A model generated the notes under the pieces. The model searched no databases. It had not been told where the DNA came from and saw nothing but the letters and a program-made list of their open reading frames with translations. Positions 40,025 through 49,969 of a stretch of DNA of 64,000 bases are shown here, in pieces (the stretch's first letter is position 1; each line of letters starts with the position of its first letter). The stretch is from Acidobacteriota bacterium (GTDB lineage Bacteria > Acidobacteriota > UBA890 > WLXD01), in the NCBI GenBank assembly GCA_963666215.2, contig CAXWPL010000005.1, positions 1,376,001 through 1,440,000 of the forward strand, given 5' to 3'. Both the position numbers and the translations under genes were made by a program.

Positions 40025-42589
40025 GTGCTTCGGACCGTGAAAGCCGAGATTGCAACCATCCTTCTTGCCCTCGTTCTCGCTCTTCCCGTGTCGGGTTACG
40101 ACCTCTCGCCGGAGCTGCGTCAGCGGGTCGATCGACTGATCGCCGACATAGAAGCTACCCCGACCACGGCCACAAACGCCGTTGAACGGGTAGCCATCCT
40201 TTGGGACTGGGCCAACGCCGTCTCTCTGCAGGGGGCAGTGGTGCCGAAGAACCTGCCGAAGATCGCTTTCGGCATCCCGTACCCCATCCCAGGGCTCCAG
40301 ACCTCTCTCCGGCAAATCAAGGCAGTCGATACCTATGCTCGCTATCTCGCCACGATCGAACGGGACCCCGGGGCGTTCGGAGAGGTCTCTGTCGAGCCTG
40401 CGTCCGCCGTACACGCCGGCTCCTGGCAAACCGTCCGCGTGGTGTGGAAGGTCGGCAGTTTTGGACTACCCGAGGGCGGCGGTGTGGTGGCCAGCCAGCA
40501 CTATGCCGGCGGTTATGGCCGGCTCCAGGTCGACGACCCTGACGGTGACAACTACGTCTCGGCTACGACCAGCAACCCGGCAGTCCGCTTCGAGCTCGAT
40601 CGGGCTGCGGTGTGGGGTTCTTACGGCGGTTTTCGAGGGCCAGAAAGCTTCCCCATGTTTCGCGTGCGCGGCGGTGCGCTGCGGGCCGGAGATACCGTCG
40701 CCGTGGTCTACGGCGATCGCTCTGGGGGCGGTCGGGGGCTCGAGATCGGGATCTTCTCCAACGACGCCATCGCGCTGCCCCTGCTCGTCGATGCGGGTAA
40801 CGGTGATCTCCACGAGCTGCCGCTTCCGACCTTCGAGGTCGTCGGTGGCGAGGCCTACGGAGTGCACGGTTTCGCCCCGTCGATCGTAGCTAGCGGAGAG
40901 GAGCTCACGATCTCGGTGCGCAGCGAAGATCGTTTTTACAATCGGGCAACGGAAAAGATCCCGGGCTATGAGGTCCTGCGCGACGGCGAGAAGATCGCCG
41001 ATCTCCCCGCCGGTCAGGCGCTTCATGATCTGCCGCTGCGCTTCGCCGAGCCGGGCGTAGCCCGCGTTTCGTTTCGCAGCCCCGACGGCAAGATCGTAGG
41101 TTCCGCCAACCCGATCTGGGTCCGCGATCGCCCCGTCGAACGGATCTATTGGGGCGAGACCCACGGTCATTGTGGCTTTGCCGAGGGTCAGGGGACTCCC
41201 GAGGGCTACTTCGCCTTCGCCCGCGACGACGCTCGGCTCGACTTCGTCACCTTGAGCGAGCACGACCTCACCATCACCGATGGTCATTGGAAGTATCTCA
41301 ACGACGCGGCTGAGCAGTTCCACCGCGAGGGCGAGCTCATCGTCTTCCCCGGCTACGAGTGGTCGGTCAATCGCCAGCGAGGTGGGCATCACAACGTTTT
41401 CTTTCGTGGTCCGGGATTCGATCGTGTCGCGGGACACGAAGCGCCGGATCTGACCATGCTCTATCGGGGGTTGCGTGAGAAGCACGATCCCGAGGATGTC
41501 CTGATCATCCCGCACGCCCACCAGAACGGGGACTTCCGACTTTCGGATCTCGGCATGGAGCGCCTGATCGAGATCATGTCGGGGCACGGCACCTTCGAGT
41601 GGTTTGGGCAGCGCTACCTCGAGCATGGTTACCGTGTCGGCTTTGTCGGAGCTTCGGACGACCATAGAGGACACCCCGGATACTCGCCCGGTCATCAGTC
41701 GACGGCCGGCGTTCGTTCCAACATCTTCCAGTTTGGGGGCCTCGCTGGTGCCTGGGCACCGGCGAAAAGCACCGATGCGGTGTTTGACGCTCTGAAGGCG
41801 AGACGCGCGGTCGCTACCACCGGCGCCCAGCGGATCATTCTCGACGCTCGCCTCAACGGCGGTGCGATCGGCAGTGAGCTGGCGCAGTCCGAGACGAGAG
41901 AGGTCGAGGGTCGGGCCATCGGCACCGGTCCGATCCGTACCATCGAGCTGCTCAGAAACGGCGAGGCGGTGGGGAGCTATGACACCGGGGAAGCAGCGGC
42001 GGCAGAGGCGCCTGCCGGCGAGGTTATCGTGCGCTTCTACTCCGAGTCCTACGTGACCATTCGAGACAACCCGCGCGGCCAGCACACCTGGCGCGGCAGC
42101 CTGCGGGTCGAGAACGGTCGACTCCTCGGTGCCCGCTACCTCGGCACCCCCCACCGCGATTCCGACCAACTCGAGATCGAAGGTGATGAGCTGCGCTTCG
42201 ACCTCGCCACCCGCGGGTCGAGCCGTGCCATCGCCCTCACCCTCGAGGGCGCTTCGGCCTCGACCCGCCTTGCCTTCGATCTCGATGCGGTTCGCGAGCG
42301 CGGCACGGCGCCGACGCAGGTGCGGACTCCGCAAGAGTTTCCGGCCACGACGTTTTCGCTGGTCGTTCCCACCGCCGAACGAGTGCCGAACGAAGAGGTT
42401 CTCGAGGCTGGCCGCTACCGCGATCGAGTCAGCGTCGAACGGGCGGCAGGCTTCCGCGACGACGTCGAGTTCAGCTTTTCCGATCGCGGAGGTCAGCCGG
42501 GAGATTGGTACTACGTCCGCGTCGAGCAGGTGGATGGCCATCTGGCCTGGTCGAGCCCCTGGTGGGTCGGAGGCGAGCCTCCTCGTTGA
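40025..42589 (+). CDS. large secreted DUF3604-like PHP-fold protein
   Basis: Signal peptide; WGETHGH, LDFVTLSEHD, GHHNVFF, IPHAH, ASDDH and YYVRVEQ...AWSSPWW. Confidence 0.75.
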   Translation: MLRTVKAEIATILLALVLALPVSGYDLSPELRQRVDRLIADIEATPTTATNAVERVAILWDWANAVSLQGAVVPKNLPKIAFGIPYPIPGLQTSLRQIKAVDTYARYLATIERDPGAFGEVSVEPASAVHAGSWQTVRVVWKVGSFGLPEGGGVVASQHYAGGYGRLQVDDPDGDNYVSATTSNPAVRFELDRAAVWGSYGGFRGPESFPMFRVRGGALRAGDTVAVVYGDRSGGGRGLEIGIFSNDAIALPLLVDAGNGDLHELPLPTFEVVGGEAYGVHGFAPSIVASGEELTISVRSEDRFYNRATEKIPGYEVLRDGEKIADLPAGQALHDLPLRFAEPGVARVSFRSPDGKIVGSANPIWVRDRPVERIYWGETHGHCGFAEGQGTPEGYFAFARDDARLDFVTLSEHDLTITDGHWKYLNDAAEQFHREGELIVFPGYEWSVNRQRGGHHNVFFRGPGFDRVAGHEAPDLTMLYRGLREKHDPEDVLIIPHAHQNGDFRLSDLGMERLIEIMSGHGTFEWFGQRYLEHGYRVGFVGASDDHRGHPGYSPGHQSTAGVRSNIFQFGGLAGAWAPAKSTDAVFDALKARRAVATTGAQRIILDARLNGGAIGSELAQSETREVEGRAIGTGPIRTIELLRNGEAVGSYDTGEAAAAEAPAGEVIVRFYSESYVTIRDNPRGQHTWRGSLRVENGRLLGARYLGTPHRDSDQLEIEGDELRFDLATRGSSRAIALTLEGASASTRLAFDLDAVRERGTAPTQVRTPQEFPATTFSLVVPTAERVPNEEVLEAGRYRDRVSVERAAGFRDDVEFSFSDRGGQPGDWYYVRVEQVDGHLAWSSPWWVGGEPPR

Positions 42590-42654
42590 CGTCGATCAGC
42601 CTGGCCGCGTACTGGCTGGCGTCATGTTTTGGCTTGCAAGGGCTCGTCGCCAAC

Positions 42655-43015
42655 GGGTAGGAAATCGCTTTTCTGAGCATGAGGAGCATGAGGGTTTTCG
42701 GAGGCCTGGGCGAGAGCTGGAGGTCCTGGGGGTCACTTCTCGGCGGCTCGACAGCAGGATTCGAGTGCGCGGGCCTGGCGGCAGGTGGGTCGCGAGAGTG
42801 CTTGGGGGGCGTGCGCGGCAGCGGGGCCCCCCGGGAGTCCCCGGAGGGGGGCCAGAGGAGTCGAGGGTCCCCCGGGAGCGTCAGGCGCTCTTTGTGTCGG
42901 CAGGGATGGGTGTCTCAGACAGGCTCATAGACCAGCTCGGGGGCTGGCGGTGAGTGAGCGAGGGGCTCCGGCTCTTGGGGTTCCGCCTGGATTCCCGCCA
43001 ACAACCTGCGGATGG
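42655..43015 (-). mobile_element. IS91-family oriIS/3' end, copy 5
   Basis: Preceded by CAAC; transposase tail IRRLLAG...ELVYEPV*. Confidence 0.85.
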
Positions 43016-43021
43016 AAGAGA

Positions 43022-43121
43022 GCTTGGGGACGTCGACCTCGCTGAGGCGCGCAAGCGCCTCAGCCACCAGGAATCGCTCGTTGTAGACGGGGACGATGAC
43101 GCTGAGCGTCGCGCTGTCCAC
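43022..43121 (-). pseudogene. glycosyltransferase family 2 N-terminal fragment
   Basis: LSVIVPVYNE motif. Confidence 0.7.
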
Positions 43122-44161
43122 TACTGCTTCACGTACTTGTGCAGCTCAGGCTTGATGGTGTCGGCGACGTAGATGTCGCCGTTCTGCGCGATCGTCATGT
43201 AGTGGGCCTCACCAAATTCTCCGAGTCCGGGACCGGGTTGTCCCGTGGCCCCGATGGCCTTGCCGTCGGCGTCGAGGTGCAGGATCTCCCCAGAGAAGCC
43301 GCTCACCATGTACATCTCCTGATCCTTGGTGATAAACAAGCCGCACGGGAGTCCCTTATAGGCACGCTCCGAGAGGTAGTTGCCGTCCGCGTCGAAGATC
43401 TGCACGCGTCGGTTCTGCCGGTCGGCGACGTAGACGAGCCCGTCAGCGTCGACCACGATCGAGTGCGGCGTATCGAACTCGCCCGGCCCGGTTCCCTCGC
43501 TGCCCCACGTCGTGAGCAGCGTGCCACCGCTGTCGAACTTCAGGATCGCGGGCGGGCCCTTGCCGTGCCCGATGATCAGGTAGATCTCGCCATTGAGTCC
43601 GAACGCCAGATCGGTGGGCTCCATGAGCATTCCACTGTCCGCGCCGACTTCCCACTCTCCGGCCTGCTCATGGACCCCGAGCGTCATCAGTACTTCGCCA
43701 TCGGGACTCCACTTCCGCACCGTGTGCCCGCCAACGTCGGTTGCCCAAACGTTGCCCTCCGGGTCGAGGCGCATTCCGTGCGCCCTGACGTACATCCCCT
43801 GGCCCCACGAGCGCACAAAGACGCCATCGGCATCGAACTCGGCCAGCGGATCACGACCGCGATTGAACACGATCAGGTGATTCGTGTCGGTCCAGACGAC
43901 GCCGGATGGGGCGCCCATCTCGAGCTCTGCGGGAATCTGTAGCCCGTGGGGAGCGGGGCGATACCCGAGATCAGGCGCGTCCTCCATCTGCGCCGGGTCC
44001 GGCCCGTCCAGCCCGATCTGTCTCCCGGGGAACGGGTTCGGCCCGAAATCCGGTCTGGCTTCAGCGTGCGCCTCCTCGATCGGTGCGTCCTCCATCGGCG
44101 CGGAACCACACGCGGTGAGCAGCGGGAACAGCAACGGCAGGACGCTGATGGTCAATCGCAT
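43121..44161 (-). CDS. NHL-repeat lipoprotein (PAL-like)
   Basis: RBS AAGGAG; lipobox LTAC; paralog of 10975-12009. Confidence 0.88.
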   Translation of the reverse strand: MRLTISVLPLLFPLLTACGSAPMEDAPIEEAHAEARPDFGPNPFPGRQIGLDGPDPAQMEDAPDLGYRPAPHGLQIPAELEMGAPSGVVWTDTNHLIVFNRGRDPLAEFDADGVFVRSWGQGMYVRAHGMRLDPEGNVWATDVGGHTVRKWSPDGEVLMTLGVHEQAGEWEVGADSGMLMEPTDLAFGLNGEIYLIIGHGKGPPAILKFDSGGTLLTTWGSEGTGPGEFDTPHSIVVDADGLVYVADRQNRRVQIFDADGNYLSERAYKGLPCGLFITKDQEMYMVSGFSGEILHLDADGKAIGATGQPGPGLGEFGEAHYMTIAQNGDIYVADTIKPELHKYVKQ

Positions 44162-44234
44162 AGGTTCTCCTTCTAGGCTGAGCGACGGGTCCTACCATAC
44201 ACCGAGAGCCACATCGGGAACACGGCTCCCGCGC

Positions 44235-44720
44235 TCACGACAGCACGTAGCTGACGACGGTCACGAACACGCAGGTCCCCAGCAGGATGTAGCCGAAGGG
44301 TCGTCCAAGAACGCCGTCGCGCGCCGTCAAGGTGCCGATGCGGAAGACCGCCAGCACGAACAGCATGGCGGGAAACTGAAGCACGAAGAAGTGCGGCTCG
44401 GCAACCAGCCCCTCCGGTGTCACGGCGGCGGCACCCGCAACGAACAAGACGTTCAAGATGTCGGCCCCGACGATGTTACCGACGCCCAGCTCGCCCTCTC
44501 CCTTCAGCGTCGCCGTGACGACGATAACGAGCTCGGGCAGCGAGGTGCCGAAGGCGACGAGCGTCGCAGCAATGATGCTGGGTGGGACCGCAAGTCGCTC
44601 TGCGATCTCCGTCGCGGATGAGATCAGAAACGCCGATGCGATGACGACGACGGCGACAGCAATGGCCAGGCTCGCGCCCGTCGCTGTCTTGCCTCGAAAC
44701 TGGTGCGCGTCGCCGGGGGC
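44235..44720 (-). pseudogene. Ca2+/Na+ antiporter (YrbG-like) C-terminal fragment
   Basis: ATLVAFGTSLPEL...GNIVGADILNVL. Confidence 0.85.
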
Positions 44721-44723
44721 GTT

Positions 44724-46716
44724 GAGGGCAATGTCAGAGGGGGCGTTGGGGCCGTCCGGAGAGAACGGCGCGCACGGTGCTATCGCAACGGCTGAGCGCG
44801 GCGGGGGAGGGCAAACACGAACAGATTGCTGCCGCGGCTGGTGCGGAGCTCGGGAGTCATGAGGGCGTTGGTCAGTCTGCCCGGGCCGGTGCTGACGGCT
44901 ACGTACTGGCGTCCGTCGACAGCGTAGGTGATTGGAAAGCCCATCACCGGGGATCCGAGATTGATCTCCCACAACACATCGCCGGTCTCCTGGTCGAAGG
45001 CTCTGAACCGCCCGCCCTGGTCGCCGCCGAAGAGGAGTCCGCCGCCGGTGCTGAGCAGCGAGAAGGTCGCGGCCCGCGTTTCGTAGATCCACTTCGTCTC
45101 GCCGGTCTCTACCGAGATCGCACGCACGGTTCCGAGCTGGTCGGTGCCCGGTGCCAGTTGGTGATCGACAGCGAGCGAGTAGAACGGGCTAGATTGAACC
45201 ATGGACATCGCCCGTTCGCTGCGGAGATTGTCGGTCGCCAACATGACCGCACAGGCCTGGCGAAGCGGGAAATACATGGTCTTGGTCAGTGGGCTGTAGG
45301 TGCCGGTCTCCCAATCCTTGCCGCCCGCCCAGGTCGGGCAGATCAACGCCTCCTGCTCCATTTCGGTGAAGATGACCTCCAGATTCTCGGTCACCTTGCC
45401 GGTGGCGGGGTCGATGTCGCTGATTACGTTCTGCGCGATGGTCGGCGTGGCCCAGAGAAACTCTCCGGTCTCGCGGTCGAGGGTGTAGACCAGGCCGGTC
45501 TTGCCCGGGATTCCGGTCACCACTTTACGCACCTTTCCCGGCTGCAGCCGCGGGTTGATCCAGCGGACGCTGTCGGGGTCGGGGCTGACGACGGTGTCGA
45601 GGAGGATGCGCTCGAAGACGTGGTCGAGATCCCAGTGATCGTTGAGGTGCTGGTAGTACCAGCTGATTTCGCCGGTGTCGACCGCGAGCGCGAGGGTCGA
45701 GTTGTGGTAGAGGTGGGTTTTGTCGGTGCCGCCGAGCATGAACTTCGGCGCCGGCGAGGTGACCCCGGTGCCGATATAGACCAGCTCGAGCTCGGGGTCG
45801 TAGCTCGGCGGCATCCAGGTGCCTACATGGCGTCGCCTCTCCTGGGGCACGTCGCCCCAGGTCTCGTCGCCGGGTTCTCCCTGGGCGGGTATCGTGCGCC
45901 GCCGCCACACCTCTTCGCCGGTGTGTGCGTCGTGGGCCAGGATGACGCAGGCATCGGGGCCACCGCTGGGTCGGCAACTTCGTCCAGAGATGAGCTTGCC
46001 GTCGGCGACGATGGGGCCCGCGCTGTGATGGGCAATATTAACCTTGTAGTCGAGGATCTTGGTCTCCCAGGCGAGCTCACCGGTCGTTGCATCGAGCGCG
46101 TAGGCGTAGAGGTCGGCACTGGTGTTGAGGATGAATCGGCCGTAGATGGCAATGTTGCGGGACTTACGGGCGAGAGGGCCGCCGTAGCCCCAGACATCAT
46201 CCGGCAAGTCTCGTTTGTACTCCCACAACAAGTCCCCTGTCGCGGCGGAGAGCGCCTGAATTGTGTCTTCTGTGTTGGGGACATAGAGGACGCCTTCGTA
46301 GGCCAGCGGCGTGAGCTCGGCGGTTCCCGGAGCGAGGGCGCGAGTCCAGACCATGCGGATCTCGTCCACGTTCTCTCGGGTGACCTGGTCGAGCGGGCTG
46401 TAGCCCCAGCTGTCGAGGGTGCGGCGATAGTTGATCCAGTCCTCCGGCGCCGGATTCGCGAGCATGGCGTCGGTGACCGGAGTGAGCTCTGTCGACAGCG
46501 TGGCGGCGGTCGTCGTGTCCTGGCCGAGGGCGACCGAGATCACTAGACAGGCAGCGATCCCACTCAGCACGAGTCTCGCGCGGCAAGCAGAATTCATCGC
46601 TCGATTCATCGTTGGCCCCTCCTGGGTACTGCGAGCTGGCGTGAGGTGACGCTGTCGCAGCGCGCGAGGGATCATGGTCTGCCGGCATGGCTGTCGTCAA
46701 GAGGAGTCCAGCCGGC
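44724..46716. repeat. ~2-kb direct repeat, copy 2
   Basis: Near-identical to 12171-14163. Confidence 0.95.
44780..46609 (-). CDS. PQQ-dependent dehydrogenase, copy 2
   Basis: Differs from copy 1 at four residues: LVV/LVI, NPAHH/NIAHH, PGEV/PGKV and RASN/RGSN. Confidence 0.9.
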   Translation of the reverse strand: MNRAMNSACRARLVLSGIAACLVISVALGQDTTTAATLSTELTPVTDAMLANPAPEDWINYRRTLDSWGYSPLDQVTRENVDEIRMVWTRALAPGTAELTPLAYEGVLYVPNTEDTIQALSAATGDLLWEYKRDLPDDVWGYGGPLARKSRNIAIYGRFILNTSADLYAYALDATTGELAWETKILDYKVNIAHHSAGPIVADGKLISGRSCRPSGGPDACVILAHDAHTGEEVWRRRTIPAQGEPGDETWGDVPQERRRHVGTWMPPSYDPELELVYIGTGVTSPAPKFMLGGTDKTHLYHNSTLALAVDTGEISWYYQHLNDHWDLDHVFERILLDTVVSPDPDSVRWINPRLQPGKVRKVVTGIPGKTGLVYTLDRETGEFLWATPTIAQNVISDIDPATGKVTENLEVIFTEMEQEALICPTWAGGKDWETGTYSPLTKTMYFPLRQACAVMLATDNLRSERAMSMVQSSPFYSLAVDHQLAPGTDQLGTVRAISVETGETKWIYETRAATFSLLSTGGGLLFGGDQGGRFRAFDQETGDVLWEINLGSPVMGFPITYAVDGRQYVAVSTGPGRLTNALMTPELRTSRGSNLFVFALPRRAQPLR

Positions 46717-47054
46717 GCATCCAGGGCGCCAGTCCCCTAAGACGGCGCAAACGGTGACCACCGGCTCCGCCCTGATGCCGTCGCCCGGCTCGCCATACGG
46801 AGCGCTGCGTCATGACTGATCGACTGATGGCAATCAGGCGGTCTCCGCCTCTGGAGCTAGTAAACATAAGGGTTCAACCGCTGTTGACTCGAAGGGTGTC
46901 ACGCCTTTGTCACCCCAAGAGCCGCCGTTTGGCGCTTCTGGGCTTGATTCGGCACCGTCCACGGTGTGTCGCTGCGGGGCGGCTCTACACGCCAGACTCA
47001 CGGATCGCTGCGCTGCTGGTCACCTCATCTCGGGCAACACCACCAGGCGCGCCG

Positions 47055-47305
47055 TAACCTCGTCGAGGCAGTCCTCGCCGACGCCGGCCACAGCAACACA
47101 GACGCACCGCGGGCTCTCGAACTAGCTGCCGACGGGTTGGCCCAGGCGGTTCTGGTTCGGGACAGCGCATATCAGCGCCTGGTCGAAGCAGGCGGCCCGA
47201 TGACCTCCAGCGGGCGCACTCGCCGCGTGTTCCAAGTCTGGCTTCAGGCCGCGGATAGGGTCGACAAGCACGTACGCCTCGTCGGCTTGAAGCGGGTGCC
47301 GCGGA
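47055..47305 (+). pseudogene. possible phage small-terminase-like/hypothetical fragment
   Basis: Helical protein ending ...DRVDKHVRLVGLKRVPR, reminiscent of the small genes that precede this terminase type; weak call. Confidence 0.3.
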
Positions 47306-47311
47306 GCTGCC

Positions 47312-47865
47312 CCGGGCAGCGTTTGAGTAGAATCCCCAGTACCTCACGAGCTGCTGCGAGGGGTCGGGAATGTGCTGGGTGAGACGGGCGATGAAGTCCA
47401 GGACATCCCAGCGGGCCACAGTGCCGTAGGGGCTGGCCGTGCGCCGCGGCCGCGCCGAGTAGACGGCCTCTCCGCTCTCAGCATCCCACTCCAGACGGGC
47501 GAGGACGAGGGGGCAACGAATCATGGTTCGGCCGAGTCGTACCGCGCCCTGGCGGTCCTCAGCCCGCACCGAGCCGTGGGTCCACAAGCCGCTGTGCGGC
47601 CAGGAGAGCATGTTGTTCACCGTGTCAGCGTCGATCCGTCCCTTCTCGAGCAGCATCCTGAGCACCTCGGCTCGGAAGAGGCGCTCCACCTTCTCAGCGT
47701 CGAAGTAGAGAAGGTGTCGAAAGGTCCCGTCAGGGAGCCAGGCACCATCGGCCATCAGGACGTGGATATGTGGGTGAAATCGCAACAGCTCCCCGGACGT
47801 CTGGATGAAGCCGTCGGATCTCCCGATGAGCTTGGCCAGATGCGCACGATCGCGAAAGAAGTGCT
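47312..47865 (-). pseudogene. IS91-family (HUH rolling-circle) transposase central fragment
   Basis: IQTSGELLRFHPHIHVLMADG (HUH), WPHSG and LDFIARLTQHIPDP...VRYWGFYSN. Confidence 0.88.
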
Positions 47866-48018
47866 CCCTCGTCTTCGGGGGATCTCCCCAGCCTAGGGTC
47901 TTCTGCTGGGACCTCAGAGAGAGGATGTCCCTTCTGGCAGTAGCCCGGCGCCCTACGAGTGGGCGCCTCAGTTGCGGAGAAAGGGTGTAGACTGTGACGC
48001 AACCCGGGAGGATCCACG

Positions 48019-49959
48019 ATGTCGATGCCCTCTGTTCGCGCGGCAGCGCGCCTCCGCTGGCTGCTGCCGGGGCTCGTCCTCTTCGTCGCTGCGGCCTACG
48101 CAGAGGACGACTGGCTCTCGCACTTCGGCCAAGGCGCCGGTCCCCCGAACTGGGTCGGTGACCTGACGCCGGTTACGGCGGCGGACTGGAGTTACGCCAA
48201 GGCGGCTCATCTTCTTGAGCGCGCCGGCTTCGGCGGCACTCCGCAGGAGATCGAGCCGCTGGCTGCGATGTCTCCCGAACAGGCGGTGGCCACCCTCGTC
48301 GACTACGATTCGATCGATGCGGAGGCACTTCTCCCCTTCGAGGAGTCAGGCGTCTTCGGGCCGGAGATGCTCGCCGATCTCGCCGACGGGCTGAACTTCC
48401 GCGGGGCGCTCGCGCGCGCTCGGCAGCGCGGCTCTGTCTATGGTGTCGAGCCGCGCGAGGGCGGAGTTCGGCCCTACCAACCAATCGTCGACGTCAGCTA
48501 CTACCGCAAGTACGCCCCCCGTCACGAATGGCTGCGGGTCGCGAACTGGTGGGCCGAGCGCATGATGCTCACGCCACGTCCGCTGGAAGAGAAGATGACC
48601 CTCTTCTGGCACGGGCACTTCGCCACCGAGCAGGAGAAGGTAATGGACTACCGCCTCATGCTGGATCAGAACACCATGCTGCGCGAACACGCGACGGGGA
48701 GCTTCCGCGATCTCCTAATCGGTGCCTCCAAAGACCCGGCGATGCTGATCTACCTCGACAACCGCAAGAACGTGGTCGGCCACGCCAACGAGAACTATGC
48801 GCGCGAGATCATGGAGCTCTTCGCGCTGGGTGTGGGTAACTACAGTGAAGACGACATCAAAGAGGCGGCGCGGGCCTTCACCGGGTGGCGCAACGAGGGA
48901 CGGCGCTTCGTCGACGATCGCCAGCTCCACGACGCGGGCGAAAAAACCATTCTCGGGCGCACGGGGAACTTCGACGGCGAGGACGTGGTCGACATCCTAC
49001 TCGGGCAGGAGGTTTGCGCTCGCTTCATCGCGGGCAAGATCTACCGCTTCCTGGTGCGCGAAGATCTCGGTGCAGACCTCGAAGAGAGCTTGGCGGCGAT
49101 CTTGCGCGACGCTGACTATCAGATCGCGCCGCTGTTGCGTGCGATCTTTCTCAGTCGGGATTTCTACGCGCCGCCCGCCTTCGCCACTCGGGTCAAAGGG
49201 CCGGTGGGGTTCTTGGTCTCGACCTACCGCAAGCTCGGGCTCGAACGGATGCCGGGGTCTCTCTATTTCCCGCTGGTGTCGACGCAGCTCGGCCAGGCGC
49301 TCGGCGATCCTCCAAACGTCGCCGGATGGGCGGGCGGTCGCTCCTGGATCAATCCGTCGACCCTCATCGAGCGCGGCAATGTGATCGGCTACCTCCTCTT
49401 CCCAGAACGCCAAGGTGAGGCCTATCGCTACGGACCCTTCGAAGCCCGGTACCAGCGTTACCAGTTCGCGCCGATTGGAGCCTACGAGCGTGATCGAGTC
49501 GCCGCAATGGGCGCTGCAGCCCCCTCTTCTGAGGGAGCGATGATGGCGGAAGGACCGTCGGGGGCGATGCCGGAGGGTGTTATGGCTACCGACATGAAGA
49601 AAGCTCCCTCGGCGACGATGATCAACGAGACACCGCGCCACGACGTGCCCCTGGGTGTTTACAACGGCATGAACCGGGCCTTTCGCACCATCCTGCCGGT
49701 CGATCAATCGCCTGCCGACTTCGATCTCGCCTCGATGCTGAAAGAGGCGGACGTGACGACGACCGCGGATGCCGTCGGCTATTTGAGCCTGCGCTTTCTA
49801 CGCCTCCCGCTCGACGCCTCTGATCGTCGAGCTCTGGAAGCTTTTCTGCGCGATCGCACCGGCGATGAGAGCCTCGACTTCGCCGCCCCGTCTCTGGAGC
49901 GCGATCTACGCGAGCTGCTCCACCTCATCCTGTCGACGCCCGAGTACCAGCTCGGCTGA
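48019..49959 (+). CDS. DUF1800 domain protein
   Basis: HLLERAGFG, EKMTLFWHGHFAT, PAMLIYLDN, NENYAREIMELF, PPNVAGW and PEYQL motifs. Confidence 0.9.
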   Translation: MSMPSVRAAARLRWLLPGLVLFVAAAYAEDDWLSHFGQGAGPPNWVGDLTPVTAADWSYAKAAHLLERAGFGGTPQEIEPLAAMSPEQAVATLVDYDSIDAEALLPFEESGVFGPEMLADLADGLNFRGALARARQRGSVYGVEPREGGVRPYQPIVDVSYYRKYAPRHEWLRVANWWAERMMLTPRPLEEKMTLFWHGHFATEQEKVMDYRLMLDQNTMLREHATGSFRDLLIGASKDPAMLIYLDNRKNVVGHANENYAREIMELFALGVGNYSEDDIKEAARAFTGWRNEGRRFVDDRQLHDAGEKTILGRTGNFDGEDVVDILLGQEVCARFIAGKIYRFLVREDLGADLEESLAAILRDADYQIAPLLRAIFLSRDFYAPPAFATRVKGPVGFLVSTYRKLGLERMPGSLYFPLVSTQLGQALGDPPNVAGWAGGRSWINPSTLIERGNVIGYLLFPERQGEAYRYGPFEARYQRYQFAPIGAYERDRVAAMGAAAPSSEGAMMAEGPSGAMPEGVMATDMKKAPSATMINETPRHDVPLGVYNGMNRAFRTILPVDQSPADFDLASMLKEADVTTTADAVGYLSLRFLRLPLDASDRRALEAFLRDRTGDESLDFAAPSLERDLRELLHLILSTPEYQLG

Positions 49960-49969
49960 GGAGCGAGAG

